Positions 36,857 to 49,301 of a DNA stretch of 64,000 nucleotides are shown here, piece by piece. Origin of the DNA: Dimargaris cristalligena (Eukaryota); assembly GCA_003614675.1 (NCBI GenBank), contig ML002233.1:1-64000 (forward strand), read 5' to 3'. The notes under the pieces were generated by a model that saw nothing but the letters and a program-made list of their open reading frames with translations, did not search any database and was not told the DNA's origin. The position numbers were made by a program, and so were the translations under genes. The stretch's first letter is position 1. The number at the start of each line of letters is the position of its first letter.

Positions 36857-38238
36857 TTAAGATAAGTATAAATTCTGGTCGGTGATGTACCGAATTACCG
36901 GGTCCGGCAACAGGTATTTAATGGACATTTTCCGCCGAATGAATAACCTAATTTGGGGGGAACGGGAGTAAGGGGAATAATACAACAATGAGGAAAACAA
37001 TGGGTTAGAGGAAATGGAGTGGCTGGTGAGAATACGGTGTTACAAAACGGATCAGCGTTGCCTTGTATTTTATGACCCCCTCTCCTCCCCATCGCCCCTT
37101 CTTCCGCTTGTATCAGATGGACCATTTTGGAGATATTGGGGGAGGGGCAGCAAAATAAGAACGAAAAAGGCAAAAGCCAAACAACCACATTTACAGAACA
37201 GATCACGCCTTGTCCTACCTCACTTTGGTTGAGCTAATGTCGTTGTAAATAAGCTGTTTCACCACATGCACATTCCGCCGGTGTTCGAACAAAATGTCAT
37301 GGGACAACAAAAAGTCGTACACGTCCGTCCCGGTCCGCTCAATAATGGTACACCCGTAGCCGCCGAGAATGCGGTGCAGATCCTTGCTGGCCCAAACGTT
37401 GGGCTCGCCGAACGATTGGATGAGGTCGCCCCCCGCGAGCAGCATGATTTTGAAGGGCTTTCGCTCCCCCGTGGAGAGAGGCATACCGCCGATGAGGCCG
37501 TTGAGCTGTTCGTTGAAGTGGTCCAGGACCGGGGCGGTGCGCTGGTAGGCCGGCTGAATACTTTCCCAAGGATCAACCATAATCCAAGTGGAGGTGGTCT
37601 CCGTGGCCAGCTGACACATGGTTACCCGGTGGTGGGCGGCGGCTAGGCCCTGCTTCTGGTAGCAATCGTTCACCGGGGACAGGTAGCCGGCAACGAGTTC
37701 GTACTCTTCGCCATGTTCATCATAGTAATCCTGGGCCATTTCTAAGAGGAGGGGGGGAATGTAAGTAGATATAAGCAGGGAGGGTAAGTAAATGGGTGAA
37801 TGGGAAGGAGGGGGGAGTGCCTGTAAGCTAATAATGAACATATTATACGGCTATAGTCGCCCCCTAACTACCACCAAATATAGTTGAATAGCTGGTGGAG
37901 AGGGTGGTCAAGTTGGTGGGGGTAGTATATACAAGCTACACTACATGCTGGTCCAAATACTTACCAAACATGCGCAAATGGAGGTAAGTGACGGGTGAGA
38001 AGGAACCGCATGCTACCAGCACGAGGGGAGTCTTTGACTCATCCTGCATGTGGGTCGGCAAACGGTGGACGGGGAATTGGTAAGGCTGACTAGAGGGCAG
38101 GTTGGTGACGGTGGTGGTCGCAGTGAGGGTGGTAATGACAAAACTCTCGGGGGAATTGTTGCGGGATAGGCCGGAGGGAGCTGTATGGGAGAGGATTTGG
38201 GTTGAGTGACCCTCGGGGAATTCCTGGACAGCCGTCAT
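36857..38238 (-). CDS. NMA1: Nicotinamide/nicotinate mononucleotide adenylyltransferase (~295 aa)
   Basis: Exons 38238-37965, 37741-37219, 36947-36857. GSFSPVTYLHLRMF|EMA, YLSPVND.Y.K.GL, WIMVDPWE, LLAGGDLIQSF, NDISSTKV|RLFIRRKMSIKYLLPDPVIRYI. Confidence 0.94.
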
Positions 38239-41220
38239 GGTGACTAAAATGGATAATTAATGGAGGAATGAATAGTATCGGTGGGAGAGTTGGAAGAAGG
38301 CCGATATTATAGCTTGTGGACCGGGACCGGCAACAAGTGCAATGAGGGAGGGAGGGGAGTTTGAAGGAGACAGCGGTATGAGTAGGTCCGGGAGACGAGC
38401 ATAGAGGGTCGCTTGAATAAGAAGTACAGAGAAGAAGGCTGGAGGAGTGAGCAGCAGGAGAGGGAGGGGTAAGAGAGGGAGACACGGAAAATTGGCTCGG
38501 GAGCACCTAATAAGGCCTGGGGACTACTCAGAGGGCTTCGCAATTTGCTATATATGTTAAAAACAGCACAACGACGACTAGCTGTGGCTTAGCAGCGAAG
38601 GGGTGGCTTGAAGGGGGAAGAATGTGAAAAAGAGACCCTGGGGGGAATGGAGAGAACAGAGATGCAAGCAACTGGGTAAAGCCAACCAAAAGACCGCTAG
38701 GCCAGAGCCCAGCAGAGCGAGTTTCTTTTATACTTTGAGTGAGTGGAGTGGTCTCTCTCGATACCACGCGGAGCTCAAGCCGCATATCCGTTGTATGCTT
38801 CCAATAGGATGCAATTAGGTGACTAATGAAATCCATTTTCAGGTGAAAGGCCTATTACATAAACCACCCTGATGATTCATCCGTGGCCGTGAGTGGTGCT
38901 GGTGGTGTGGTTTGCCCCCCCCTCCCTATATGCTCACTACCACCCTACACGTCAGTCCATATTGACCTCATGCGCATATATACATATACACACAACCCTA
39001 CAGATGTTTAGTTCGTAAAAACGAATCGGTGCTTAGGTAGAGTGGGGTGGGTAGGAGGTACCCCCCCTCTTTCTAGTTTTATTTCGCCCCAACCGATCCG
39101 ACCCCGGGGAGGTCGTGCCACCCGCATACCCGCTGGTCATACCAGCGTCGAGCCCACCCGGCCTTATAATTAACGGCCATCGGAGCGGGCCGGTGCATGC
39201 CGTGGACCGCAGAAGATCCCGCTGATGTGGATAGGTAACACGAACCCTCTCTATACATACTACACAGACCATCCGACCGCAATGGCTTTCCAGCCTTCCA
39301 TTGGACTAGTATAGAGCGGATCCATTAATCTTCGGGGCCCCTGGCATGAAGGGCCCCAGAAGAATAGATTATTGGAATTGTCAAATTTTGGTAGGGGGGA
39401 AATAACAAGAGAGGGAGAGAGAATCGGGAGTTGCATCAACGACTGGGAATAACACACGGAGCCAGAGCCGGTGGTCGAATACTGTTCTATGCTAGTAGTT
39501 AACACACACGCATACACGTCCCGCTCGGGCAACCCCTCATTAACCGGTTGAATCAGCCTATTCAACTGTTTAGTATTTACAACAACTGGCCCCTTTCTCC
39601 AAAACCGGCCCCACTGGACTGTGTTTGCAGCAGTCCTGTCTTTGCCCTACTTAATCAGCTTATCACTGATTATTTATATCTCCCTGGGTGGATGGAATAA
39701 CCAAGACTTTAAAATGGTTCGATTTCTCTCCGCTGTTGTGTAATGAATGGCGGTGGTTCCCATTGGCGTACCACGGACCTACATCAGAAGCGCCATACCA
39801 CTCCAATACTTGGCTGCCAGCGTGGGTGGACGATTTTACTATATATTATTGGTATTGTTATTATCGTTAGAGTATCCCCCAACATGCCCAAATCTGCACC
39901 AATGACATTGACCTCCCAAGGTGTCTCGAACTATATAGGCCGATGCTATACAACTAGGCCCCATTTTTGCCGTGCCAAATTGCGGTAGAATAATAACTTC
40001 CTCATCATGAAGGCGGCGGAAACAAGTGGGGCTGGTTAGTTGAATACAGGGAGGAGAGAGAGGTAGTGGTGGTGACACTGCAGCCATGTGGCATGGGGCA
40101 CACACAAATAGGCACACCTAATTAACTTGGCATGGCATGGGTGACCCTCCCCTATCCGACCCCCACCGGCCCACCTATTCTCTCTCTCTCTCATTCGCTT
40201 CGCTGCATCACCGAGCGGGGAAGGGAAAGACTGGGAATATAGTGGTTGGAAGGTAAGGAGAGAAGGGGAGGGGATAAACCGCCATTGTTGTGTGGATGAC
40301 ATTGCGAATACCTCTAGTAGCCAATGGTATACGTAGTGCACCTTCCTCCTCTTTTTCCCCCACAGCCATCAACCTAATGAATGTTGTAAGATGTCTCTCT
40401 TTCTTTTCTGAATGCGAACCTAGAAATATAGAAATCGTGGGGTATGGTGGGGAAGTAAGGGGGTATGCGATATGAAATATAAGGGAAACTACCTACGCAG
40501 CACGCCCACTGTTTCCCCTGAGCCACCAGAATGTAGGTAACCAAAGAGAGAGAGAGAGATATTGTACCCCTCCTCCACGAGCTAGCTAAGTTCTTGGCGT
40601 CGTACCTTACAGCGGACGGCGACAACGACAACGATCTTATAGTAAGCGGGCGAGATATTATTGGCGGCGACGGTGTGGCTCGGGGGGATGGGTGATGCTA
40701 ATTTAGTAGAGAAAGAAGCATTTTGGTGAGTGATTCATTTTATTAAAGTGGAGAAGAGGTGGGAAGGAAAGAAACAGGGGCGGTGGTTGGTGCGCTATTT
40801 TTACACCAGTGATTGTTCTTCCGCTGAAGGTGGCCTCGGTGGATTTGGGGAGGAGGCCAGGAATAGGTCAATTGTTCTACCCCCGCATACATCAACTGTA
40901 TGCGCTTGAGTTGTGGTGGTGTTGCTAATCCGGTGGATTTTCTTATGAAGAGAGGTGAGTATAGGTTATCTGGCGGTCGGAGCTTGCCTTGCCCCGCTTA
41001 GTTTCTTTTCTTCTACTTTTATTATTATTGTCTTCTCTTTTCCTTTCTTTCCTTTACTATTTCCCATCTCTCGTCTCATACTGGCTCTTCTACACTCTCC
41101 TTTTCCCTTCGCCTTTCTGTTATTAATTCCCCCCTATTGTTCAGTCTCTCTGAATTTGTAACTTCGCCCCATTCACCCTCCCCCCTCTCACCCCTTGGTA
41201 AATTAACGACGGTCGGACAA

Positions 41221-41445
41221 GTAAGTGCGGGCCTACCTTCTCTTTTCGCCCTGCCCTCCCGCCCTTTGTTTACCCTAAGGGATATATCCTCTACTCGTAC
41301 CGCTAACCTCGTATTCCATTCTTCCAGAGCCTCTCTCTCCCCCCTTTGCTCTTTTGCTTTTCCTGTGCTACAACAAGCCAGTCCCAGCCCTCTCTAATTA
41401 GTCCACCTAGTTCCATTTGTCTATACGTTCGCTACCTTTTTACAG
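41221..41445 (+). other. Possible 5' UTR intron of the downstream secreted-protein gene
   Basis: GTAAGT donor at 41221, pyrimidine-rich body, TTTTTACAG acceptor ending at 41445, 39 nt before the ATG at 41485. Confidence 0.45.
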
Positions 41446-41484
41446 ACCCGCGCAACTCTACAACCCCCCCCCCTTTCTACCAGA

Positions 41485-42357
41485 ATGAAGCTACTTTGTC
41501 TTGCCGCCCTTACCGCGGTGGTAGGCTGTGGTCTAACCCTAGCCGACACCCCTGCTGACTTTTCCCTCCAGCGCCGGGGCCCCGTCTTCTTCCCCGAAGC
41601 CCAAGGGCTTGCGAAGCGCGCCACTGAATCGGACACCGCCGCTTCGGGTTCCCAAAAAGATGAAGCCACCGCCGCTACTTCCGCCCCTGCTTCCAAGGCC
41701 ACTAGCGACTCCAATAGCAAGAGCACAGCGCCCTCTAAAACTACCGGCAAAGACACCGCCTCCGCTACGGAGGATCAATCCAGTGAAGACACCAGCAGCG
41801 AGGACGATTCCTCCGACGAGACCGCCGATGACGTGGGTCGAGTCAACATGATCATCCCGCCCTACCCCACCGGTGTGGCCACCCCGCGCTTCCAACTGGA
41901 CAGCCAGAACATCACCTTCGAGTGGAAATACACGGGTCTGAGTAGCCCCCCTGACTCCATCACCATCACCGTGTCCATGCCCGCTCCCGACAAGGCCAAC
42001 GCCCTCGTCTACTTCGACCTGGCCACCAACATCTCCTCCTCCGAAACGAAACTGGAGTGGGATACCACCACCACCAAGCCCAGCACTGTGGCCCTACTGG
42101 AGTCCGACCAATACACCTTCATGCTGTACGACTCCGACCTCGGCAAGAACCAGGCCCAAATGAACCTAGGTTCGCTGTCCCAGTTTAATATGAAGTTTGC
42201 CATGTACCGTTCCAACTACGATGACCCTAACAAGTGTACCCAGTGCATTATTGCCAATGACAATTACTCTGCCGCTCCTTCTTCCCGGTACGCCAGTTTC
42301 TTGACTGCCGCCGGCCTGGTTGTGCTATCATCTTTGGGCTTCTCCTTCATACTCTAG
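41485..42357 (+). CDS. Secreted Ser/Thr-rich, probably GPI- or membrane-anchored cell-surface protein (290 aa; resembles a conserved fungal uncharacterised family, DUF7137-like)
   Basis: Signal peptide MKLLCLAALTAVVGCGLTLA; dibasic KR site; S/T/D-rich linker; beta-rich domain NITFEWKYTGL...LEWDT...YTFMLYD...FAMY...KCTQC; hydrophobic C-terminal tail. Family assignment is from recalled motif spacing only. Confidence 0.75.
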   Translation: MKLLCLAALTAVVGCGLTLADTPADFSLQRRGPVFFPEAQGLAKRATESDTAASGSQKDEATAATSAPASKATSDSNSKSTAPSKTTGKDTASATEDQSSEDTSSEDDSSDETADDVGRVNMIIPPYPTGVATPRFQLDSQNITFEWKYTGLSSPPDSITITVSMPAPDKANALVYFDLATNISSSETKLEWDTTTTKPSTVALLESDQYTFMLYDSDLGKNQAQMNLGSLSQFNMKFAMYRSNYDDPNKCTQCIIANDNYSAAPSSRYASFLTAAGLVVLSSLGFSFIL

Positions 42358-43480
42358 GCCCCCCTCTTCCTTACTTGATTAATTGTAGACTTTTGGTTTC
42401 TTGGCCGTGTCAGAGTCTCATAAATTTTTAAAATGATTCACGGGAAATATACACGGCTATCCAATATATATTACAGGTTGTTGGGTACTTCCCCCAGTAA
42501 TGGGATTTCCGCTATAGCTCAATGTCCACCCCCGTGCCCCAACGTACCCATACTCTACCATTCTCGTAATTCATAATTCTCACCCCCTCTTTTTTAATAA
42601 TTCGTTCTACTAGCCATCATTTTGCCCGTTAGTTTACTCTGTCACTTATCTATCCTCTACCTCCATCATTTCGTACCTATATAATCACCCATCTTATTCT
42701 CCCCATGGCCGCATCTTTTTAATTGCCGAAACCTACCCTGGCTTATTCTTAGTATTTCCTTTCCGTTGCTTCATTAGTTTTATATAAATTTCTGCCCTTC
42801 TTGGCGGATAAACACACTCTACTCGCTTCCATTCGTGATCTCTATGGTCTAGTTTGTGCCCATCTTATCACCCTCCCTGCTCATTACTTAGCTGCGCTTT
42901 ACTCAACCGCCGTACTAATAAATTCAGTAACTGGTACCATTTGTTCAGAGTCGATTTACATGGAGACTAGCCCTTGTTTGCGCTGTATTCTTCGTGGTGT
43001 AGGTTGTTAGCGATCTATGGCAAAAGCGTTAGCATAATGTTTGTTAATTGCTACCAAATATTAACAACTGGGGTTCAATTCGCCCATTGGTGCCCTTGAT
43101 TAATACTCACTGAAGGCCAACTAGTACCCATGGTGGTGGGTCCCTTTGGCGCACCCATTTTTTAATAGACGCCAGCTCGCATATAACACTCGCCTTCCAT
43201 TTTTCGTCAGACTTTTTACCAGTAGTTGCCAGGTATATTATCTTCAATCCGAATTCGAAACCAGCCACCCTTTACGCTATTCATTTTCTTTACTGACAAT
43301 ACTACTAGGCAAATGGTCAATTTTCGCAATATATATACATACATTTTCATATTCCGGACGCCCTTTTCCATATACCAGTTTAGTTATAATAATTTTATAA
43401 TAATAATAAAACATACCAATGATATGGCGAGCCACTCAGGGCCCCTCTTATGGTAGCAATGGTCGAAATGCACTGGCTCT

Positions 43481-45289
43481 TCATTGGGATATAGGTGTAC
43501 TCTCCTCATTAGGACCGTCAGGTAGCTTAACCGTAGTCGGATAAATCGTTGGAAGGGAAAATACCAACAGACTCCGGAAGTCTAGGCCGAATCGTTCCAA
43601 CGTCGCACCCATCGAATGGATTTGTTCGCGCAGTGCGTTTACCGACGGCCCGTCCGCAATGTGGGGACAGGTGGATGCGAGTTGAGACTGGACTTGGTGG
43701 ATAAACTGGTAATAGAAATCATGCAGAAGGGGGCAGCGGGTGCCAGCTCCGGTCCCGGGCCCAGACTTAGTAGGGGGGGTACTTTGAGGGGGCAGAGAAC
43801 CAGGGTTGATAGGTAAAAGAGGGGCAAACGGCTCAGTGGGGATAGTCCATGGAGTTGACCGCCCGGTGTTTGTACGTTGAGCGACATTGGCTTTTTCCGC
43901 CTCATCACTACTGTTGCCACCCTCGGCACTGTCGAGTGAACTATCTGTTGACTCAATGTCGCTATCGCTACCACTGTCACTATCGCTGTTATCCGCCAGC
44001 CCCATGGCCGACCCCATCCCATCGCTAGTGGAATCAATGCCTTCACTGGGTGCCATTAGCACCCCAGGCAGAATATCCAGCGCGGGCAGGACCGGCGGGG
44101 TTCCGGTAAACATGACCGCGTACTGCGTTGACAAGTCCACCAGGAAGTCCCGACTGAGATCCAACAGACGGGCCGCGAAGGCATAGGGACTGGAAGTTGG
44201 CGGAACGTGCTGAGCCAGGGTCTGTACAATCACCAGCCAATGTCGCTGTTTGGCCCGTAGAATGAGAGTGCGTAGTTCGAGGTTGCTGAAGGTCTGGGTT
44301 TTGCGCAACAGGCCCAGAAGTTTAGTGTGATGGAGGAGTTGGCGGGTGGTGTTGGTATGGGTCGAGGAGGGCAGGGCAGTGGTGGTAGTGGTAGGTGGGG
44401 TAAAGTGGGGTGTAGTATTTTCGTCTACATCATCCAAAGGGGGCGACTGGTCGGACGAATGGCTAACGGGATTGCTGCTGCCGCTGGTCAAGGCCAGGAG
44501 GGTACTGCTCAAAGGGGCTTGGCCTAGTTCATCGCAAATGGCCACCACGAGCTTCCGGAATTCATCTTCAACGGCCTCCGCTATCCGTTCCACTATGCGC
44601 CGGGCCGTTAAATCCCGTAAAGGGTTAGAAGGACCTAACCGGCTTCTTTGATTACGGGTCCCGCCGACCTTCCTACCCTCGGCTTCATTATCATTTTCCT
44701 TTCCCTCTACTACTCTTTCTTCTTCTTTTTCTTCCGCTTCCTCTTCTTCTTGGGCCCGATCCACCAAGTCCCGCCGCAGCTGCCGGGTGCGCAGGGTTAA
44801 TTCAATGGCCTCAGGGTACCGGCGGTGAATAATGCACGTTTGCATGACCTGGGGCAGCTCCAGAATGCCGACGACGGCGTCCAAGTGGGTCTGCACCACA
44901 TGCACCACCCGTTTCTTCTGGGTCTCGATGCGGCGAGCCAAGTCCAAAAAGTCGGTCCCCGCGGTGCGTAAGGCCGGGACACGGTCGGCGATGGCCCGGT
45001 GACCCCGGTCGGCCATCCGGGCCACCCCCGTGACCAAAGCCTGGTGGTAGGCCTGGGCGTGTTGGAACGTGAGGGATTCGTCAAGGCATAGTTGCATCAG
45101 TTCTTGGTTGAGGCTGTCGAGTTCTTCGGCTAGGAGACTGGGTTCATTGCGCGCGGTGGCCAAAGAAAGGGAAGTGAGGTAGCGGAGGTAGGCGTCCGTG
45201 GCGGGATCCCCGGCCGGGACCCGGAAGGGACTCGAACCCGCTGAGGAGGTGGAGGAGTCGTCCGGGTGGTGGCGGTGGAGTGCCTCCAT
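43481..45289 (-). CDS. COG8: Conserved oligomeric Golgi complex subunit 8 (Dor1), 602 aa, intronless
   Basis: YLRYLTSLSL...EPSLLAEE...L, ILELPQVMQTCI...YPEAIEL, C-terminal MGATLERFGLDFRSLL match Dor1/COG8 motifs. Contains acidic and S/T-rich insertions. Confidence 0.82.
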   Translation of the reverse strand: MEALHRHHPDDSSTSSAGSSPFRVPAGDPATDAYLRYLTSLSLATARNEPSLLAEELDSLNQELMQLCLDESLTFQHAQAYHQALVTGVARMADRGHRAIADRVPALRTAGTDFLDLARRIETQKKRVVHVVQTHLDAVVGILELPQVMQTCIIHRRYPEAIELTLRTRQLRRDLVDRAQEEEEAEEKEEERVVEGKENDNEAEGRKVGGTRNQRSRLGPSNPLRDLTARRIVERIAEAVEDEFRKLVVAICDELGQAPLSSTLLALTSGSSNPVSHSSDQSPPLDDVDENTTPHFTPPTTTTTALPSSTHTNTTRQLLHHTKLLGLLRKTQTFSNLELRTLILRAKQRHWLVIVQTLAQHVPPTSSPYAFAARLLDLSRDFLVDLSTQYAVMFTGTPPVLPALDILPGVLMAPSEGIDSTSDGMGSAMGLADNSDSDSGSDSDIESTDSSLDSAEGGNSSDEAEKANVAQRTNTGRSTPWTIPTEPFAPLLPINPGSLPPQSTPPTKSGPGTGAGTRCPLLHDFYYQFIHQVQSQLASTCPHIADGPSVNALREQIHSMGATLERFGLDFRSLLVFSLPTIYPTTVKLPDGPNEESTPISQ

Positions 45290-47301
45290 GGGTAAATTCG
45301 GGCGATGGGGCTGGCTGATGTTAATTGGTAGGTAGGTTGGTTAGCTGGCAGAGAGATTGGGGACGTCAATGTGCGAGGGGAGTGAACGTGCAGGTAAAAG
45401 TAATCGGGTTATAGGATGAAGGGCATGGCTGTGAAACCAGATAACTTGTAGGGAGGAGGTGGGTTAGCACATGCACATAAGTTTGGTGAGGTTAATGTGG
45501 AATAAGGAGAGAAATGTATAGGTGGGTCTACTTTCTAGACTGTTTAGGGGGACTGCCTAGCATCTCAGACAATGTAACGAAAATAGGCGATGCCTCAACT
45601 GGGTCAACATGGGATATTTCCCCAGAGGACAGTGCCAGTTCAGTCGCAAGTGGATTTATGGACTGATGCATATGGGTGAAATTCGGCCCAGCTATATAAG
45701 GGTTTACATTATACGTGTATGGGAAAATATATGGGAAATGTATTTTTAACTAGTAATATTGGCCGAATATAATGGATTTTTCGTTGTACAGCTTGGATGA
45801 ACTTCTCCCATATTTTAAGCGTATTGTTACTTATCTGCTCCCATTTTACTGCCACAGACTTACTCTATTAGCCCCCAAAAATGTGTAATCTGTGGCATTT
45901 CCTATTTCACCATCACCCTAGCTATAGCATATTCGAATGCGTTTAGTTGAGAGCAGCTCATGTAGGCATGGTATATAAGCGTAACGGGGGCGGTAATGTC
46001 ACCGAAATAGTCATGGACGAGCCAACCCGTAGTTCTAGGATTTCTATAATATTACTATTTAACATACGAATACCATGATCAATATCTCCGCATTACGATA
46101 TAACTACTTGGCGCCCATCCCAACCGATGGAACCGACCAACTCCATCAATGAACAGCCCAAACCGTTACTCCGTTTAGCCTATACTCGCTGAAATGGTAG
46201 CGCAATTTGCCTTAGGGAGAGATTGGTTTGGGTGAAATTCAGCGTCGCGGTGTACTAAATATATATATATATATATATATGGAAACATAGGTAATAAAAT
46301 GGCGTTTAACCCGTAGACCCTAAATTAATAACCAGCTATCCCGCTATACGGTTGGATGAACCCATTCTCGGATAAATGGTGGCTTTAGTTTAGAAACGGG
46401 TGTTACGAAAGTCCACAGTGAGATACAAATTCCATGGAGTAAACTGTAATGCTTGACTACCTCAGTTATTCGATTTACACTGTAGCCCTTCATTCTGGCC
46501 ACTTCAATATATACGAATGCCAATAGTATTAACTAAGACTGACTGCCTACCAGAGAAGACTGTCGGTCTCTAATAGCGTTCTTTCCTTTTACATTAATAT
46601 GCTAATAAACATCTTTGCCATTCAAAACAAATACAAAAAGCAGTAAAAACGAGTAGACAAATATTATTCTTTTGAATTAATTAGCCAGAGTTGGCAGCAC
46701 TTGTTCCCATTCATTAAGGACCAAAAAAGAAACGACGGCTGGGTGGGCCCCATGGGTAGGGGATGTTGGCCGTTTTCTAAATTGCCTGTCTATTTTTAAT
46801 GTCCGGCGAGAGAGGGAAGGGGATAAACCACTATACCCCGGCCTCCTCTTCCTTCTGTTGGTAGCAAAACCAATATCCATACAGCCCCGTTTTATTCCAA
46901 TTGAACCGATAAAGAGGGGCCCAGACTCCATAATATACAATGATTAGTCTGTAGGAATCGGTCTCCCTTGTGCATATCGTTAATGGAAAAGAATTGTAAG
47001 CCCATCGGCGACCCAAACCGCGCGTGTCACTACTATAGGCGGGGTGCACGGGTACTACGGGACCGACGTGGCTACCTAACTTGCAAGTAGTTGTTATGGT
47101 GCATAAGAATAGAGCCCAGCTAGTATATTGGTTGCGCAGTCGTGTGGTTTGGCAAATCCCTCCATTTTTTAATAGTTTCTCAGAAGAAGACGCCCTAAAG
47201 GGCCCCATGCAAAGGGAGCCCCTGTTTTCCAAATAGGTTGGCAACAATTAGGGATATCCCCCCCCTTCCTCTCCTCCCTTAAAGCCCGCCGAATGGCGAC
47301 G

Positions 47302-47309
47302 TATAAATA
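47302..47309 (+). promoter_or_regulatory. Candidate TATA box
   Basis: TATAAATA about 230 nt upstream of the ATG at 47535, followed by a pyrimidine-rich leader. Confidence 0.4.
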
Positions 47310-47534
47310 ACCTTGGTGCCGCATAGCCATTTTACTTTAAACATTTCGATACCCTACCCACTCTCTTTAGCTGTTTAATCTTTAGCCTTGACCCTATTTC
47401 TCCTTCGTGACTTTTACTATCACGATCGGACGACCTTTTATTTATATTTTTGGTAGCCTACTTGCTATTATTCTTTTGACCTAAAGTGTGCTAAGCCCTC
47501 CCCGCCACCTCTTCCCGACCACCATTCGACCAAC

Positions 47535-49301
47535 ATGGAAATCTCCATCAGCGTTTATACCATTGCCACCGGGCTTGTTCTTGCTTCGATTACCCGGGCG
47601 GCTTTATTCCAGGCAACCGATGGCGCTCGCGAGTCAACTAGCACCGATTCGTACAAGTCTGGCTATACAATCCCTCCACCTGAATTGAGGGCCGCGGACT
47701 TTCCGACGAGTTTACTGGTTTTAAGAGGGCTTAATCTTGGTGAATATGAGGCTATCGAGATGGCATAATTAGGGTTCCAGGAGGTAAGTCTATAGCCATT
47801 AGTATTTATGGGCAGTTCTTCATTATCAACATACCGGTCCTGTTTAAAGATGCGTCTCTACTATTAGGAAACGGATGCTGTGTGTCTTATGTCCTCGAAG
47901 CAATACCTTTGGATAATGTCAGGGCGTGAGCGTTAAACATGTAAAAAGGGTCAACTTGTCGTGAATATAACATTCACCCCAAAATCAACCATATGTTTAA
48001 TGGCCGATTATAGTACTCTTGTACATCCGCAGTCTAGCTCGCCCTCACTTAGTACTGCTTCCAACTCATTTGTACTGACTATGCACTTTGCTGTCCAATT
48101 TGCCATTGCGAATCATAAAACTTTCTAGTTGTTCGATGACTGTGGGAGATACCTTAGAGAAGAGCCAAACACATATTTGGAACCTAAAGTCTGGCATAAA
48201 CTAGCCCCGGTTTGGAATAAGCTAGTACCTTTAGACACCTGGGATACATATCTTATGTATATTCAGGGTACTATGGCGGGAAAATACGAGACATCCATAA
48301 GGAAAGAAAATACTGTTGCCAAGTCAAATGAAGACACGTTGTGGTTGGCCAAAATTTACGAATAATTTTTGGTGGAAAATCTCGAGAATCAATTCGTTAA
48401 AGACAACGAGCGGCTGGCGATTGACTTGGCCCAACCTAGTCATAAAGAATGCCAAACCCTTTTTCCTTTCGTCGCCAATATCACTGAGGTTCAACTTTTT
48501 ACACTGTGGGAAACCTTATTGCACGAAGGTGCACTGTCTTCCAATGAAAGCACATTGTTTGCCGGAGGTGTAGTGGACACTACAGTGTACAAACATAGAC
48601 ATAGCACTACCATGGCCCGTATGTCCCATCTGAGACTCCCCAAAATAACGCTTAACCAGTTGCTCCTTTCCAAAATACTACCGATTGCAGTGGTCCGGAT
48701 TATCCAGACCGCATTATGGAACCTTGGCCGTCTATCACAGCAAAACGTAGTTTACGGGTATTTTAAAAGGGTAATTAAGCATATCATCGAGTCTAAGGAT
48801 ACTGCCGCAGAAGCAGCACGTAGAGCTACCAATGCTCGTAGCCAGGCCTTCGCATATCTCGCGTTCGCGTATATTCGATCGGATAATACGGCGGTTGGTC
48901 AGATCAAGGCAATTTTCTATTCCACGACAATCCCCAGTAAACTTAGCGGGCCACTTACTATTGCCAAAACAAGTCTAGAGGCCGGGTTTCGACACCTGCA
49001 TATTATCCGGGATGATTACTCAATGTGTGAATTTTGGCCATCATCCGTGTCGTCTTTGGGTAAAGCGTATTCCCCATTTCCTAAAAAGATAGCCTTGTCA
49101 TTAACCAGGGAAGGAAACCCGATTCAACCAGTTCCATCTGCCTTGGTCACAAGTGAAATCCCGTCCAACGCCTTGTTGGATACCACGTACTTATGGAAGA
49201 CTATCTCTAAATACAAATTCACGATCCTCCGCGCAAAAAACCAACCACTGGATCGTGGTGGATCAAAAAAACTAACGCGAGCACCCACTAAGTCAACTTA
49301 A
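47535..49301 (+). pseudogene. Lineage-specific secreted protein gene interrupted by two in-frame TAA codons
   Basis: Signal-peptide-like MEISISVYTIATGLVLASITRA. TAA at 47766-47768 lies five codons before a phase-0 GTAAGT donor (47784). A TTCTAG acceptor at 48128 rejoins in frame. ORFs 48129-48365 and 48369-49301 share one frame, split by TAA 48363-48365. No recognisable domain. Confidence 0.6.

Noticed and set aside
47535..49301. Alternative genetic code (TAA = Gln) or selenocysteine recoding as the explanation for the internal stops
   Set aside because: MCA1, RPC34, VPS9, SEC22 and others end at TAA at their expected C-termini, and the internal stops are not TGA.
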